Assembly: GCA_964513515.1 (NCBI GenBank)
Contig: CAZEMP010000001.1
Location: 75,336 to 139,335, forward strand
Direction: 5' to 3'
DNA from: an uncultured Candidatus Saccharibacteria bacterium
GTDB lineage: Bacteria; Patescibacteriota; Minisyncoccia; Phycocordibacterales; GWA1-40-21
Length of the DNA: 64,000 bases
Position numbers and translations under genes: made by a program. The notes below the pieces were generated by a model. The model was not told the DNA's origin. It worked only from the letters and a program-made list of their open reading frames with translations, and made no database searches. This document shows positions 1 through 9,418 of this stretch, one piece after another; the stretch's first letter is position 1, and the number at the start of each line of letters is the position of its first letter.

Positions 1-194
1 ATTTACTTTTACCAGTTTCTGAAGCGCTTGTAGCATCTATATTTTTATCAATAATTGCATTATTTATTCTTGGTGTAGTTGGCGCTGAAGTTTCAAGAAC
101 GAGAATTATAAAAAATGGTTTCAAAATGGTTATTGTTGGAGGGGTAGCTATACTTGTCGGTATAATCGCTGGTAACTGGTTATCTGGATTTTAA
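1..194 (+). CDS. C-terminal fragment of a VIT1/CCC1-family membrane protein (5' end outside window)
   Basis: Frame 3 is open from the window edge to TAA at 192-194. Translation ...SRTRIIKNGFKMVIVGGVAILVGIIAGNWLSGF resembles the last TM helices of VIT-family proteins. Confidence 0.45.
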   Translation, partial: LLLPVSEALVASIFLSIIALFILGVVGAEVSRTRIIKNGFKMVIVGGVAILVGIIAGNWLSGF

Positions 195-205
195 ACTATT
201 AAATA

Positions 206-403
206 GTGGTGAATTTAATAAAATTTATTAAAAAATATAGTCACGATAAACCAATAACTAGAAAAATAATTGGGGTTATTTTAATGATTGTAGGTTTAAT
301 AGCTCTTGTGACTCCATTAACCCCTGGCTCTTGGTTATTTCTTATTGGTTTTGAGTTATTAGGATTAAGAGTTTTATTTTTTCCTAAAAATAAGAAAGTT
401 TAG
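206..403 (+). CDS. small membrane protein (PGPGW-like hydrophobic hairpin)
   Basis: 65-aa ORF with a TM segment and a TPLTPGSWLF motif. Confidence 0.35.
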   Translation: MVNLIKFIKKYSHDKPITRKIIGVILMIVGLIALVTPLTPGSWLFLIGFELLGLRVLFFPKNKKV

Positions 404-435
404 TATAGTGTTACATTAATAAAATTTATATAAAT

Positions 436-756
436 ATGGAAAATAATATTTTAGAAAAGATAAGTGAAGTGAGCAGATCTGGTTTTGATACTAAAGGTGA
501 CTTTATAAAAAATGTTGGGATTTTACCGACCATAATTATAGTCGCGATTCTTGTTGGTGGTTTTTATTATTTATTAGGGTCAGTTTTTACAGCAACTAGA
601 AATTGTATTGGGTCCATAAGTGGGGCTCCAGAGTGTAGTGATTGTAGTACAAAGCTAATCAACACAACTTTAAATGGGAGATCCTTAGGAAAATGTACTG
701 CAAACCCAGGAACTGGAAAATACGATGATCAGTGTACGCTTAATTGTTCGAAATAA
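436..756 (+). CDS. hypothetical membrane-anchored Cys-rich protein
   Basis: 106-aa ORF with an N-terminal TM helix and a Cys-rich C-terminal half. No homology recognised. Confidence 0.35.
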   Translation: MENNILEKISEVSRSGFDTKGDFIKNVGILPTIIIVAILVGGFYYLLGSVFTATRNCIGSISGAPECSDCSTKLINTTLNGRSLGKCTANPGTGKYDDQCTLNCSK

Positions 757-832
757 TTTAATTATTGTATAATTTGTCAATCTAGATTTAGGTTAATTTT
801 ATTAATAAAAAATAATAATTCCAATCAAAAAG

Positions 833-1108
833 ATGGCTAAACAAGTAATAAAAAATGATGGTACAAAAGTTGCATTTGATGCAAAGAAAATTATTAGAGG
901 AATAACAAGAGCTGCAAATGATGCAAAACTATCATCAGATGAGATAAATAAATTAGTAAATGAAGTTTCAAATAAGACCATGAGCTTTGTAGACTCAAAA
1001 GACAAAGTCAAATCTAGCGAAATTAGAGATGTAATATTGGCCGAATTGGACAGATTGGCACCAAATGTATCATCAGAATGGAGAAGGTTTATGAATGCTG
1101 GTAAATAG
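833..1108 (+). CDS. stand-alone ATP-cone domain protein
   Basis: 91 aa. VIKNDGTKVAFDAKKIIRGITRAA...EIRDVILAEL matches the ATP-cone fold found at the N-termini of NrdR and RNR. Confidence 0.5.
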   Translation: MAKQVIKNDGTKVAFDAKKIIRGITRAANDAKLSSDEINKLVNEVSNKTMSFVDSKDKVKSSEIRDVILAELDRLAPNVSSEWRRFMNAGK

Positions 1109-2020
1109 TTGAATAAAACTTTAATGCAAAAAATACAAATCTATTATTTCTTATTACTAACAGTACTAGTTTTAACTTTAAGTATTTATAAATTTAATTC
1201 TAAAGTGGATAATAGATTCAGTTTTACTGATGGAACATATTTAATTAATGGAGAAAAAATAACATTAAAAAACGGACTGTCTGAAATAAAAGCCAATTCA
1301 GATTCAAAATCCAAAATAGTTACTAGATATTTTGGGAATCAAGCAAGGACTGATCTGGACAATGATGGTAGTGAGGATTTAGTATTTCTTTTGACTCAAG
1401 AAACAGGTGGAACGGGTACATTTTTCTATGTTGTTGCATTACTAAATACTTCAAATGGCCCAGTCGGATCACAAGCTTTATATCTAGGTGATCGTATTGC
1501 TCCACAAACAACCGAGATTGGGAAAAATAATATTATAGTTGTTAATTATGCAGAAAGAAAACCTGGTGAAAGTTTTGCAGTAAAGCCATCTTTCGGAAAA
1601 AGTATCTGGCTTAAACTTGATCTAGAAACTATGCAATTTGGAGAAGTTGTACAAAATTTTGAAGGCGAAGCAGATCCTGCGAGAATGAAGCTTGATATGA
1701 AAATATGGAAATGGATAAATACAATATACAATGATGGCAAAGAGATAAAACCTAGTTTAAAAGATAAATTTACTTTGATATTAAAAAATAATGGAACATT
1801 TTCAGCTACTACAGACTGTAATGGTATAGGGGGAGAATACATAATAAATGGTAGTAAAATAAGTTTTGAGAAAATGATGTCTACTTTAATGTATTGTGAA
1901 GGTTCACAAGAAAGTGACTTTAGTAAATCCCTTAACGAGGTAGATAGCTACTTCTTTACATCTAAAGGTGAGTTAATCTTTAATCTTAAGTTTGATAGTG
2001 GATCAATGATTTTTAGATAA
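1109..2020 (+). CDS. membrane-anchored/secreted protein with C-terminal META (HslJ-like) domain
   Basis: N-terminal TM segment. The C-terminal TDCNGIGGEYIINGSKISFEKMMSTLMYCEGSQ...FTSKGELIFNLKFDSG matches the META-domain pattern CN.f.G.Y...g..l.fg.lasTmMaC. Confidence 0.5.
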   Translation: MNKTLMQKIQIYYFLLLTVLVLTLSIYKFNSKVDNRFSFTDGTYLINGEKITLKNGLSEIKANSDSKSKIVTRYFGNQARTDLDNDGSEDLVFLLTQETGGTGTFFYVVALLNTSNGPVGSQALYLGDRIAPQTTEIGKNNIIVVNYAERKPGESFAVKPSFGKSIWLKLDLETMQFGEVVQNFEGEADPARMKLDMKIWKWINTIYNDGKEIKPSLKDKFTLILKNNGTFSATTDCNGIGGEYIINGSKISFEKMMSTLMYCEGSQESDFSKSLNEVDSYFFTSKGELIFNLKFDSGSMIFR

Positions 2021-2093
2021 ACATAAGATTATCTAATAAAAATAACCTTATTTTACAAGGTTATTTTTATTTATAGTTAAAGTTAAATAATAC

Positions 2094-2122
2094 TTGACAA
2101 ATATATATACTATGATATACTG
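2094..2122 (+). promoter_or_regulatory. sigma70-like promoter (TTGACA-16-TATACT)
   Basis: TTGACA at 2094-2099, a 16-nt spacer, TATACT at 2116-2121. Confidence 0.4.
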
Positions 2123-2128
2123 ACTTTG

Positions 2129-2280
2129 TTTACTAAGACGGCTCCGACGGGGGCTGTACGTGTAAATCTAGAATACAATAATTGCCCTCCCGGGAGTGGT
2201 GAAAGTTGTATGGCTCATTCTTGCAGTGTGTCTCATAACATTACCCCTCGGCTGCGTATACGCCGAGGGGTTCTTTTTTA
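2129..2280 (+). ncRNA. candidate small RNA 1 (GC-rich ~150 nt unit, unknown class)
   Basis: GC-rich structured segment between a near-consensus promoter and an intrinsic terminator. It has no credible ORF. Confidence 0.3.
2244..2280 (+). terminator. intrinsic terminator
   Basis: Hairpin CCCCTCGGCtgcgtatacGCCGAGGGG followed by TTCTTTTTTA. Confidence 0.6.
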
Positions 2281-2286
2281 TTTAGA

Positions 2287-2314
2287 TTGACAATAATTGC
2301 TAAGGTGATATTTT
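2287..2314 (+). promoter_or_regulatory. sigma70-like promoter (TTGACA-16-TATTTT)
   Basis: TTGACA at 2287-2292 and TATTTT at 2309-2314. Confidence 0.4.
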
Positions 2315-2320
2315 GGCACT

Positions 2321-2449
2321 AGTCCTACTGATGTCTTTGGCCTCCGAAACATCGGTAGGATAGAGGTTTGAGCGGCCGCTAATGGAGCCCTCCCGCTCAT
2401 ATTACTCCCCCTTCCCGTTGCGCAAGCGACCGTGGAGGGGTCTTTTTTA
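2321..2449 (+). ncRNA. candidate small RNA 2 (GC-rich ~130 nt unit, unknown class)
   Basis: Hairpin CCTACTGATGT...ACATCGGTAGG and a GAGCGG...CCGCTC stem, followed by a terminator. It has its own promoter. Confidence 0.3.
2406..2449 (+). terminator. intrinsic terminator
   Basis: CCCCTTCCCGTTGCGCAAGCGACCGTGGAGGGG followed by TCTTTTTTAT. Confidence 0.55.
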
Positions 2450-2509
2450 TTTAAAAATACACTTTAATATATGCTATACTTTTATCTATAAATAATAAAT
2501 TTTAAACAC

Positions 2510-3865
2510 ATGAAAAAAATTGTTGTACTTTCTAGTTTGATACTAGTTATTATTGTATCTCTTTATTTTTTAAATATAAAAAATAATAATAGCTTTTTTG
2601 GTACAAAAATCTCTAAACCCTGGATTGAAATAATTACTAATAATGTGTATGAACTTCGAGAGGATGGAAAAACTATTAATAAAAATCTGTTTACAGGAGA
2701 TGAACTAGATGAAAATTCAATAATAAAAACAGACATTACTGGTAAAGCTGTGGTGCACTTTTCTGATGGTTCTGTTTTACGTTTAGATAAAAACTCAACT
2801 ATTAAACTCAATGAAGCAAACTTTAATGAAAAAACTGGTAGCCTTCGTGTAAATGTAAGTCTTTTTACTGGTCGTGTCTGGTCAAAAATTATTGGACTTA
2901 CAACAGATGATTCTGTATGGCAAGTTCAAACTGGTAGCACGGTTGCTACTGTACGTGGAACCGCCTTTAGTGTTGAAGTAGATAAAAATAATAAAACCAA
3001 GATATTTGGTTCAGAAAACACCGTTTCTGTGGATCTTATAGATGAAAATAAAAATGTAATTAAAACAGATTTAAAGATAAATGAGAATGAGGTGTTAGAG
3101 ATAAATGATGAGATCATTGAGGAAGTCTCGATCATAGCAAAAGAAAGTGAAGGTGTTATTGATGAAGAAAAATTGGGAAATATTGTTTCAATAAAAGAAG
3201 CAGACGAAGATACTTTATCTGATGAATGGATAGTGGAGAGTGAATTTGAAGATAAAAGTCTTGAAGAAAAAATTGACGAACTAAAAGAAGAAGGTCTGGA
3301 AGATCGAGATTTAAGAGAGGAATTAAAAGAAGTAGTTGAAAGTGAAATTAAAGAAAGAATAAAGGAAGAAATCCTTAATAATGATGCCACACTCGATAAA
3401 ATAATCGAAACAAGAGAGGCTGATATTCAAACTACTAAAGATTTAAATACAAAAGAAACAATCACTGAAGAAAGTGTAGTAAAAGACAGTGGGACATTAA
3501 ATAGAACAGAAAATGTTCTTGTTGATTCATTAAAAGGTAGTACACTTCAAGTAAGAACTGATTCTAAATTATCTGAGTATATTGAGGGAGACAGAATTAA
3601 ATTTGATGCTGTACTCATAATGCCAGACCAGAGAGAAAAAGTGGTAACAGCTGATGCTATATGGTCTGTTGTTGGAGATATAGGAAATTTTATATCCCCT
3701 GGAATTTTGGTTGCAAGAATACCTGACAATCGATTTGAGGAAGGTATAGTTATTGGTGGTATATTAGTAAAATATAAGTACAGTGATGGAGAAATTGATG
3801 GTAAAAGTGAAATAATAACAGTAGTTGCCAAACCTCCAGTTTTGCTTGAAAATAGTGGTCAATAA
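2510..3865 (+). CDS. FecR-domain protein with signal-anchor and long acidic coiled-coil region
   Basis: N-terminal TM helix. The FecR-like block is TGKAVVHFSDGSVLRLDKNSTIKL...LRVNVSLFTGRVW. The gene sits immediately upstream of the CHASE2 cyclase. Confidence 0.5.
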   Translation: MKKIVVLSSLILVIIVSLYFLNIKNNNSFFGTKISKPWIEIITNNVYELREDGKTINKNLFTGDELDENSIIKTDITGKAVVHFSDGSVLRLDKNSTIKLNEANFNEKTGSLRVNVSLFTGRVWSKIIGLTTDDSVWQVQTGSTVATVRGTAFSVEVDKNNKTKIFGSENTVSVDLIDENKNVIKTDLKINENEVLEINDEIIEEVSIIAKESEGVIDEEKLGNIVSIKEADEDTLSDEWIVESEFEDKSLEEKIDELKEEGLEDRDLREELKEVVESEIKERIKEEILNNDATLDKIIETREADIQTTKDLNTKETITEESVVKDSGTLNRTENVLVDSLKGSTLQVRTDSKLSEYIEGDRIKFDAVLIMPDQREKVVTADAIWSVVGDIGNFISPGILVARIPDNRFEEGIVIGGILVKYKYSDGEIDGKSEIITVVAKPPVLLENSGQ

Positions 3866-3881
3866 TAGAAAATAATTTAAG

Positions 3882-5891
3882 ATGGATAAAATATTTAATT
3901 CAAAACTTACCTATTGGGCAGTTGGCATAGTTTCTGGATTAATCGTTGTTATATCTTTTAGTTTTGGATTATTTAGCGGTATTGAAAAATATTTTGAAGA
4001 TATTTTAGTCTCTCCCAAACAGATAAGCTCAGATATTGTGATTGTAGCGATTGATGACGAGTCTATTTCAAAGATTGGGCAGTGGCCATGGCCAAGAGAA
4101 GTTTTTGCTAAAGCCCTAGAATCACTTACATATTATAAACCAAAAGTTGTTGGTATAGACATTGTTTTTTCTGAAAAATCACGTCTTGGTATTGACGATG
4201 ATCAGAAGTTGGCTAAACAATTAAATAAAATTAACTTCCCTTTAATCCTAGCTTCAGAAGCTCATAAAACAGAGCGTTATCCTGATAATATATTTAAAGC
4301 ATCTGACTTTTTATTACCATTAGAAATATTTTCATCATCAGATATGGTTTATTTGAGCCATGTAAATTTGTTTGTAGACCCAGATGGTGTGGTCAGACAA
4401 TTCCCTATTAAAATTGAGTTAGAAAAAAATGATCTTAAAAAAATATTTAATAGCTTTTCATATGATTTGTCATTATTAGGCAAAGGAGAAGTCAGTCTTG
4501 ATAGTATTAGCAATATAGTAAAAATAGTTTATTCCAATGAACCAGGGAAAATCAGACGTATACCATTCTGGCGAATATTAGAAAATACCAATACCGATTT
4601 AAATCTTGATGAAAAAATAGTCTTAATTGGAGCTACGGCGCCAGATTTGCACGATGAACAACTTACACCTTTTTCAAGAGGGATACCTATGCCTGGTGTG
4701 GAAATTCAAGCTAATATTGTAAATATGTTTTTAAATAATTACAGACTGACGGATATTCCTACAAATTTCATGGTTATATTAATTTTGATTGTTGCCCTTA
4801 TTACTACAGCTATATTCAATCTTACATCTGGAATATTAAAACCGGTTTTAATAAATCTTGTTTTATTTTTTATTTATATAGTAGGGATAATTTTTACATT
4901 CGAAATAGGCGTTGTGGTTAACTTAGTTCATATTAGTTTTGCCTGGATATTATCTGTAATATCACAAATATTGTTTAGATATTTTCTTGTTGAGAAAAAC
5001 AAAAAAGAGCTGAGAGATGTTTTTTCTAAATATGTATCAAAAAGTGTTCTAGATGAAATATTAATAAATCCCAAAAATATTAAGCTTGGTGGTGAAGAAA
5101 AAGTAACAAGTATTTTATTTTCGGATATAAGAGGTTTTACGACACTTTCAGAAAAGATGTCTCCGACAGAACTTACCGATTATTTAAACAGATACCTTAC
5201 CTCAATGACAGATGTTATTTTGGCAGAACGTGGGTTGATAGATAAATACGTGGGTGATGCAATTATGGCGTTTTGGGGTGCTCCACTACCAAACCCACAC
5301 CATGCATTGGATGCTGCGAAAGCCGCCATTAGAATGATTCAGGTACTAAAAGTATTTAATAGTGAAAACAAAGCTCTTGGAAAGCCAGAGATAGAGATTG
5401 GTATAGGTATTAATTCTGGTCGTGTTGTTGCTGGAAATGTCGGATCTCGTGAAAGACTTAGCTATACACTTATGGGAGATTCTGTGAACTTAGCGTCACG
5501 TATTGAGGGTTTAAATAAAATATATGGTACGAGTATAATAGTGAGTGAGTTTGTAATAAAAAATATTGGAAAAGATGTACTATTAAATAATAAAATATTT
5601 TTTAGACTCATTGATACTGTGAAAGTGAAAGGTAAAAATCAGGGCGTTTCTATATATGAGATATTTGATAATGAAAGAAATAATAACTTGGCAGGTATTA
5701 TTGAAGACTTTAATATTCTTTTCAAGGATTATCAGTCAGGAGAGTGGAAAAAATCCCTACAAATGATAGAGAAGATACTGAAAATTAGGCCAAATGACGG
5801 TCCAACAATTTTACTAAGAGAACGCTGTGAAGAATTTATAAAAAACCCTCCAGAAAAATGGTCTGGTGTTTTTGAACTAACTTCAAAATAA
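3882..5891 (+). CDS. CHASE2-sensor class III adenylate/guanylate cyclase
   Basis: TM segment, a periplasmic CHASE2-like region, a cluster of TM helices, then the cyclase core FSDIRGFTTLSE...YVGDAIMAFWGAP...GINSGRVVAGNVGS...YTLMGDSVNLASRIE. Confidence 0.8.
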   Translation: MDKIFNSKLTYWAVGIVSGLIVVISFSFGLFSGIEKYFEDILVSPKQISSDIVIVAIDDESISKIGQWPWPREVFAKALESLTYYKPKVVGIDIVFSEKSRLGIDDDQKLAKQLNKINFPLILASEAHKTERYPDNIFKASDFLLPLEIFSSSDMVYLSHVNLFVDPDGVVRQFPIKIELEKNDLKKIFNSFSYDLSLLGKGEVSLDSISNIVKIVYSNEPGKIRRIPFWRILENTNTDLNLDEKIVLIGATAPDLHDEQLTPFSRGIPMPGVEIQANIVNMFLNNYRLTDIPTNFMVILILIVALITTAIFNLTSGILKPVLINLVLFFIYIVGIIFTFEIGVVVNLVHISFAWILSVISQILFRYFLVEKNKKELRDVFSKYVSKSVLDEILINPKNIKLGGEEKVTSILFSDIRGFTTLSEKMSPTELTDYLNRYLTSMTDVILAERGLIDKYVGDAIMAFWGAPLPNPHHALDAAKAAIRMIQVLKVFNSENKALGKPEIEIGIGINSGRVVAGNVGSRERLSYTLMGDSVNLASRIEGLNKIYGTSIIVSEFVIKNIGKDVLLNNKIFFRLIDTVKVKGKNQGVSIYEIFDNERNNNLAGIIEDFNILFKDYQSGEWKKSLQMIEKILKIRPNDGPTILLRERCEEFIKNPPEKWSGVFELTSK

Positions 5892-6009
5892 CAGAAAGAT
5901 AATTACCAGCTAATATCTTGACAAAGATTTTATCTATTATAACATTATGAACGAGTCGAATGCACATCGGCTGCCCCTCTCGAGAGGGTCGCCTGTGCCC
6001 AATACTCAA

Positions 6010-6049
6010 GACCCCGGAAGCGCGAGCTACCGGGGTCCCCTTTTTTTTA
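6010..6049 (+). terminator. intrinsic terminator
   Basis: GACCCCGGaagcgcgagctaCCGGGGTC followed by a T9 run. Confidence 0.6.
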
Positions 6050-6085
6050 TTTAAAATATCTTCTTATGATATAATTTGATTAATT

Positions 6086-6448
6086 ATGAAAAAAAATATA
6101 CTAACAAATCAAGAAGCAGGAGTTATTATAAATAAAGGAACAGAAGCGCCTTTTACCGGTGAATATGTGAACAATAAAGAAACTGGGGTTTATGTATGCA
6201 GGCAATGTGAAGCCTCGCTTTATAATTCTAAGGATAAATTTGAGTCTGACTGTGGTTGGCCGAGTTTTGATGATGAAATACCTGGAGCAATACATAAAAG
6301 TTTAGATGCTGATGGTAGAAGAACAGAAATAACATGTGCAAAATGTGGTGGACATCTTGGACATATATTTGTTGGTGAGGGTTTAACAAGCAAAAACGTT
6401 CGTCATTGTGTAAATTCTATATCCATGAAATTTATTCAGGGTAAATAA
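6086..6448 (+). CDS. msrB: peptide methionine-R-sulfoxide reductase MsrB
   Basis: SelR fold with two CxxC pairs and the GWPSF and CGGHLGHIF motifs. Confidence 0.85.
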   Translation: MKKNILTNQEAGVIINKGTEAPFTGEYVNNKETGVYVCRQCEASLYNSKDKFESDCGWPSFDDEIPGAIHKSLDADGRRTEITCAKCGGHLGHIFVGEGLTSKNVRHCVNSISMKFIQGK

Positions 6449-6474
6449 GCAATATACTAAAATTTAAACTATAT

Positions 6475-6963
6475 ATGACAAGAAAAATATTACTGGCAGG
6501 GGGCTGTTTTTGGGGATTGCAAGATCTGATAAGAAAACAACCCGGTGTTACAAAAACACAAGTCGGCTATACAGGGGGAAACGTCAAAAACCCAACATAT
6601 GAGAATCATGATGGCCATGCTGAAGCTGTAGAGATTGAATATGATACAGATAAAACATCATACAAGGTGCTTTTAGATTTCTTTTTCCAAATACATAATC
6701 CTACAACACTCAATCAGCAAGGTAATGATGTGGGAACGTCCTATAGATCTGCTATTTTTTATGGAAATGAAGAGGAGAAAAAAGAGGCTTTAAATTTTAT
6801 TGAAATTGTAAATAAATCTGGTAGATGGAAAGATCCTGTAGTTACCACATTAGAATCTTTAGATAAATTTTACCCTGCTGAAAATTATCATCAAGATTAT
6901 TTGATCAAAAATCCTGGTGGATATACTTGTCATGCTATATGGTTTGATAGTTATTTAAAATAA
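6475..6963 (+). CDS. msrA: peptide methionine-S-sulfoxide reductase MsrA
   Basis: The GGCFWG active-site motif is present and the length is typical. Confidence 0.85.
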   Translation: MTRKILLAGGCFWGLQDLIRKQPGVTKTQVGYTGGNVKNPTYENHDGHAEAVEIEYDTDKTSYKVLLDFFFQIHNPTTLNQQGNDVGTSYRSAIFYGNEEEKKEALNFIEIVNKSGRWKDPVVTTLESLDKFYPAENYHQDYLIKNPGGYTCHAIWFDSYLK

Positions 6964-7037
6964 TGCGCCCTGTAAAGAATTTTTTAGAAATTACGTCTTT
7001 GCGAGCCTAACAAAGCAATCCAGGTTAAATAAATATT

Positions 7038-7460
7038 ATGTTAAATTTTAAACAAAGTGAAAATTCACACGGGGCAAGAAAAACATCTATAATCTTTCTT
7101 GTTTCTTTTTTGCTAAATGTGGTATGGGAAAATTTACATTCATATTTATATGCAAATTATATGGGAGAAAATATTACTCAATTTATTTTAGTTAGGGCTT
7201 CCCTATTTGATGCACTATTAATAACACTTATATCACTTCCCTTTTTATATTTTAATTCGTTAAAATATAAAGTATGGATAATACTTATTCCTGCCACAAT
7301 TATTGCAGTGATTAATGAATGGTATGGATTAGGAACTGCTCGTTGGGCATATAATGAGCTTATGCCTATAATACCTATCTTAAATACAGGAATTACACCA
7401 ACAATACAACTTGGTTTGTTGGCTTACTTTTCATTTAAAATTGAAGAGTATCTGTCTTAA
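7038..7460 (+). CDS. hypothetical integral membrane protein
   Basis: 140 aa with about 4 predicted TM helices. No family assigned. Confidence 0.4.
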   Translation: MLNFKQSENSHGARKTSIIFLVSFLLNVVWENLHSYLYANYMGENITQFILVRASLFDALLITLISLPFLYFNSLKYKVWIILIPATIIAVINEWYGLGTARWAYNELMPIIPILNTGITPTIQLGLLAYFSFKIEEYLS

Positions 7461-7502
7461 TAAATTTTTACGAAGGACTGCCCTTTGTAATTCTTCTGGG
7501 GA

Positions 7503-8573
7503 TTATTCACCTTTATCGTATTTTTCTAAATAGTTTGTAAGTTGCCTGTTTACTTTTATAAAAGTAGCTCTCTTGGGAAATTCTTTAAGCTGTCTTGCAC
7601 CAATGTATGTAGCTGTACTCCTCAAAGATCCCATAAGATCTTGTATAAAATCGTGTAAATCGCCCTTGTGAGGTATAAGCGTGTATCTTCCTTCACTTGC
7701 TCTATGACTATCTTTTTTGCCATATAGCTCTATCATTGCTTTATTTGATGATGAACCAAAATATTCTTTAAACTTTTTACCGTCTTTTATAATTGTTTCT
7801 CCACCACTTTGTTCATATCCGGAAAATAAAGATCCGCACATATTAAAATCAGCACCACCACAAAATGCCTTTGCTATATCTGAAGGATATTGCTGTCCCC
7901 CATCAGCTATTATCCTTCCCACACCCTTTTCATTCGCTATACCATGTGCAGAATCTGCACATTCAATAACAGCAGAAAGCTGAGGATATCCAACCCCAGT
8001 CATTCTTCTTGTGGTACAAGCAGAACCAGGCCCAATACCTATTTTTACAATATCTGCTCCAGCTAAAATAATTTCCTCAGTAATTTCATTTGTTACTACA
8101 TTTCCAGCAATGATTATATGTTTTGGACAAAGTTTTCTTATTAATCTTATAGTTTCTAAAAATGATTGAAGATATCCATTTGGTACATCAAGACAAATAA
8201 ATGAAAATTTCTCAAGTAAACCTTTCTTTTTCATAACTTTTAATTGCTCAATGTCTTTTTCGCGCATTCCAAGGGTGTAACAAATATAATCTGGATTATT
8301 GAAAGTCTTAAAAAAATCTTGATATTCTTTTACAGTATAATATTTATGAAAAGTAGTAATCATTTTATACTTTGAAAGTATTCTTGCCATCTCATATGTG
8401 CCACATGTTGCCATATTGGCTGTCATTATGGGCAAGCCTGTCCATTTTTTAGGTGAATTATAAAAAGTAAGTGTTCTTTCAAGTAAAACGTCTTTTCTAG
8501 ATTCTAGTGTACTTCTCTTTGGTCTTAGTAATACATCCTGATAATCCAATTTCACATCATCTATTATTCTCAT
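7503..8573 (-). CDS. guaC: GMP reductase (IMPDH/GMPR family)
   Basis: Collinear with E. coli GuaC ([26 protein letters not shown]... and GIGPGSVCTTR). It has no CBS insertion. Confidence 0.75.
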   Translation of the reverse strand: MRIIDDVKLDYQDVLLRPKRSTLESRKDVLLERTLTFYNSPKKWTGLPIMTANMATCGTYEMARILSKYKMITTFHKYYTVKEYQDFFKTFNNPDYICYTLGMREKDIEQLKVMKKKGLLEKFSFICLDVPNGYLQSFLETIRLIRKLCPKHIIIAGNVVTNEITEEIILAGADIVKIGIGPGSACTTRRMTGVGYPQLSAVIECADSAHGIANEKGVGRIIADGGQQYPSDIAKAFCGGADFNMCGSLFSGYEQSGGETIIKDGKKFKEYFGSSSNKAMIELYGKKDSHRASEGRYTLIPHKGDLHDFIQDLMGSLRSTATYIGARQLKEFPKRATFIKVNRQLTNYLEKYDKGE

Positions 8574-8603
8574 ATATTTAAAGTATACACTAAATTATTT
8601 TTT

Positions 8604-8648
8604 CAACAAAAGAATAGGGCCCGAGTCTCGTAAAGACGACTCGGGCCC
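8604..8648 (-). terminator. intrinsic terminator of the minus-strand GC-rich unit
   Basis: Perfect 11-bp stem GGGCCCGAGTC/GACTCGGGCCC followed on the minus strand by TATTCTTTTGTTG. Confidence 0.6.
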
Positions 8649-9385
8649 CTTGCCAAATTTTGATAGGCACATTCTTTTGTCATGCTCTCTGCAGAGCATC
8701 AAGATCTTTGTTATTTGGGCCCTTGGCGGAGCCCATAACGCGGATCAGAACATTCCTCACCGTTGGCCAGACGATACAGGTGTGGTTAGTACCCGTATTT
8801 GATGCATTTCGCAGACCACCTGAGGTATTACCTCAAGCAATCTAGATCCTCCCGGACCCCTATGGATCAGTTATCCATAGACTTGTGACAAGAAAGAAAT
8901 CGTAGAAATGAGAGCCCTTGCGGACAACTCTTCCCTAGACTTCTCAAGACTTCTAGACATTGCATATTTTGGTTGCCTTTATGGCTTCCATTTGGTCCTT
9001 GTTTAAGGGATCAATGTGAATTGTCACTACCTTAGCCTGGAGGCATGGGGTAATAACTTTCCACAATATGTTCTGTGACAACTCTTTTCCCTTTCGAGTT
9101 AAGAGTTATGGATTTGATCTGTTTAGGATCTTTTCCACATCACCTACTGTCGTTACTCTTACTCGCGTAAGTTCACGGGAAGTAGGTTGATTAGCTAGAA
9201 GTCGCTGCATCTTGTGTGACTGCCGTTCGAGCGGGTTCGAGGCCCACTTATATTTCCCTGATGGTTTCGAGGCCATCATTTCTCGTCTGTCTGCGAGAAG
9301 GAACAACAGTTTGCGTGCGCAAAATCTTTTTGCTACGCTGTGCCAACTAAATTTGTGAAAGAACTGATTTACGTTACAACTAAAA
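8649..9385 (-). ncRNA. candidate large structured non-coding RNA (~740-780 nt, class unknown)
   Basis: GC-elevated block (~45% vs ~30% background) bounded by a promoter and terminator on the minus strand. It has no ORF of 60 aa or more in the transcribed orientation. Confidence 0.35.
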
Positions 9386-9391
9386 CTTGAA

Positions 9392-9418
9392 CGTGCTATG
9401 TATACTATCGAAATTAAA
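9392..9418 (-). promoter_or_regulatory. sigma70-like promoter (minus strand TTGACA-16-TAGTAT)
   Basis: The reverse complement of 9392-9418 reads TTGACAgattttttaatttcgaTAGTAT. Confidence 0.4.

Noticed and set aside
802-1842. Antisense ORFs (802..1011-, 1323..1511-, 1546..1842-) and similar antisense calls throughout (e.g. 2563..2811-, 2926..3390-, 18112..18600+, 54251..54625-)
   Set aside because: They are embedded in, and antisense to, well-supported genes with clear homology. They show the low-complexity composition typical of AT-rich antisense frames.
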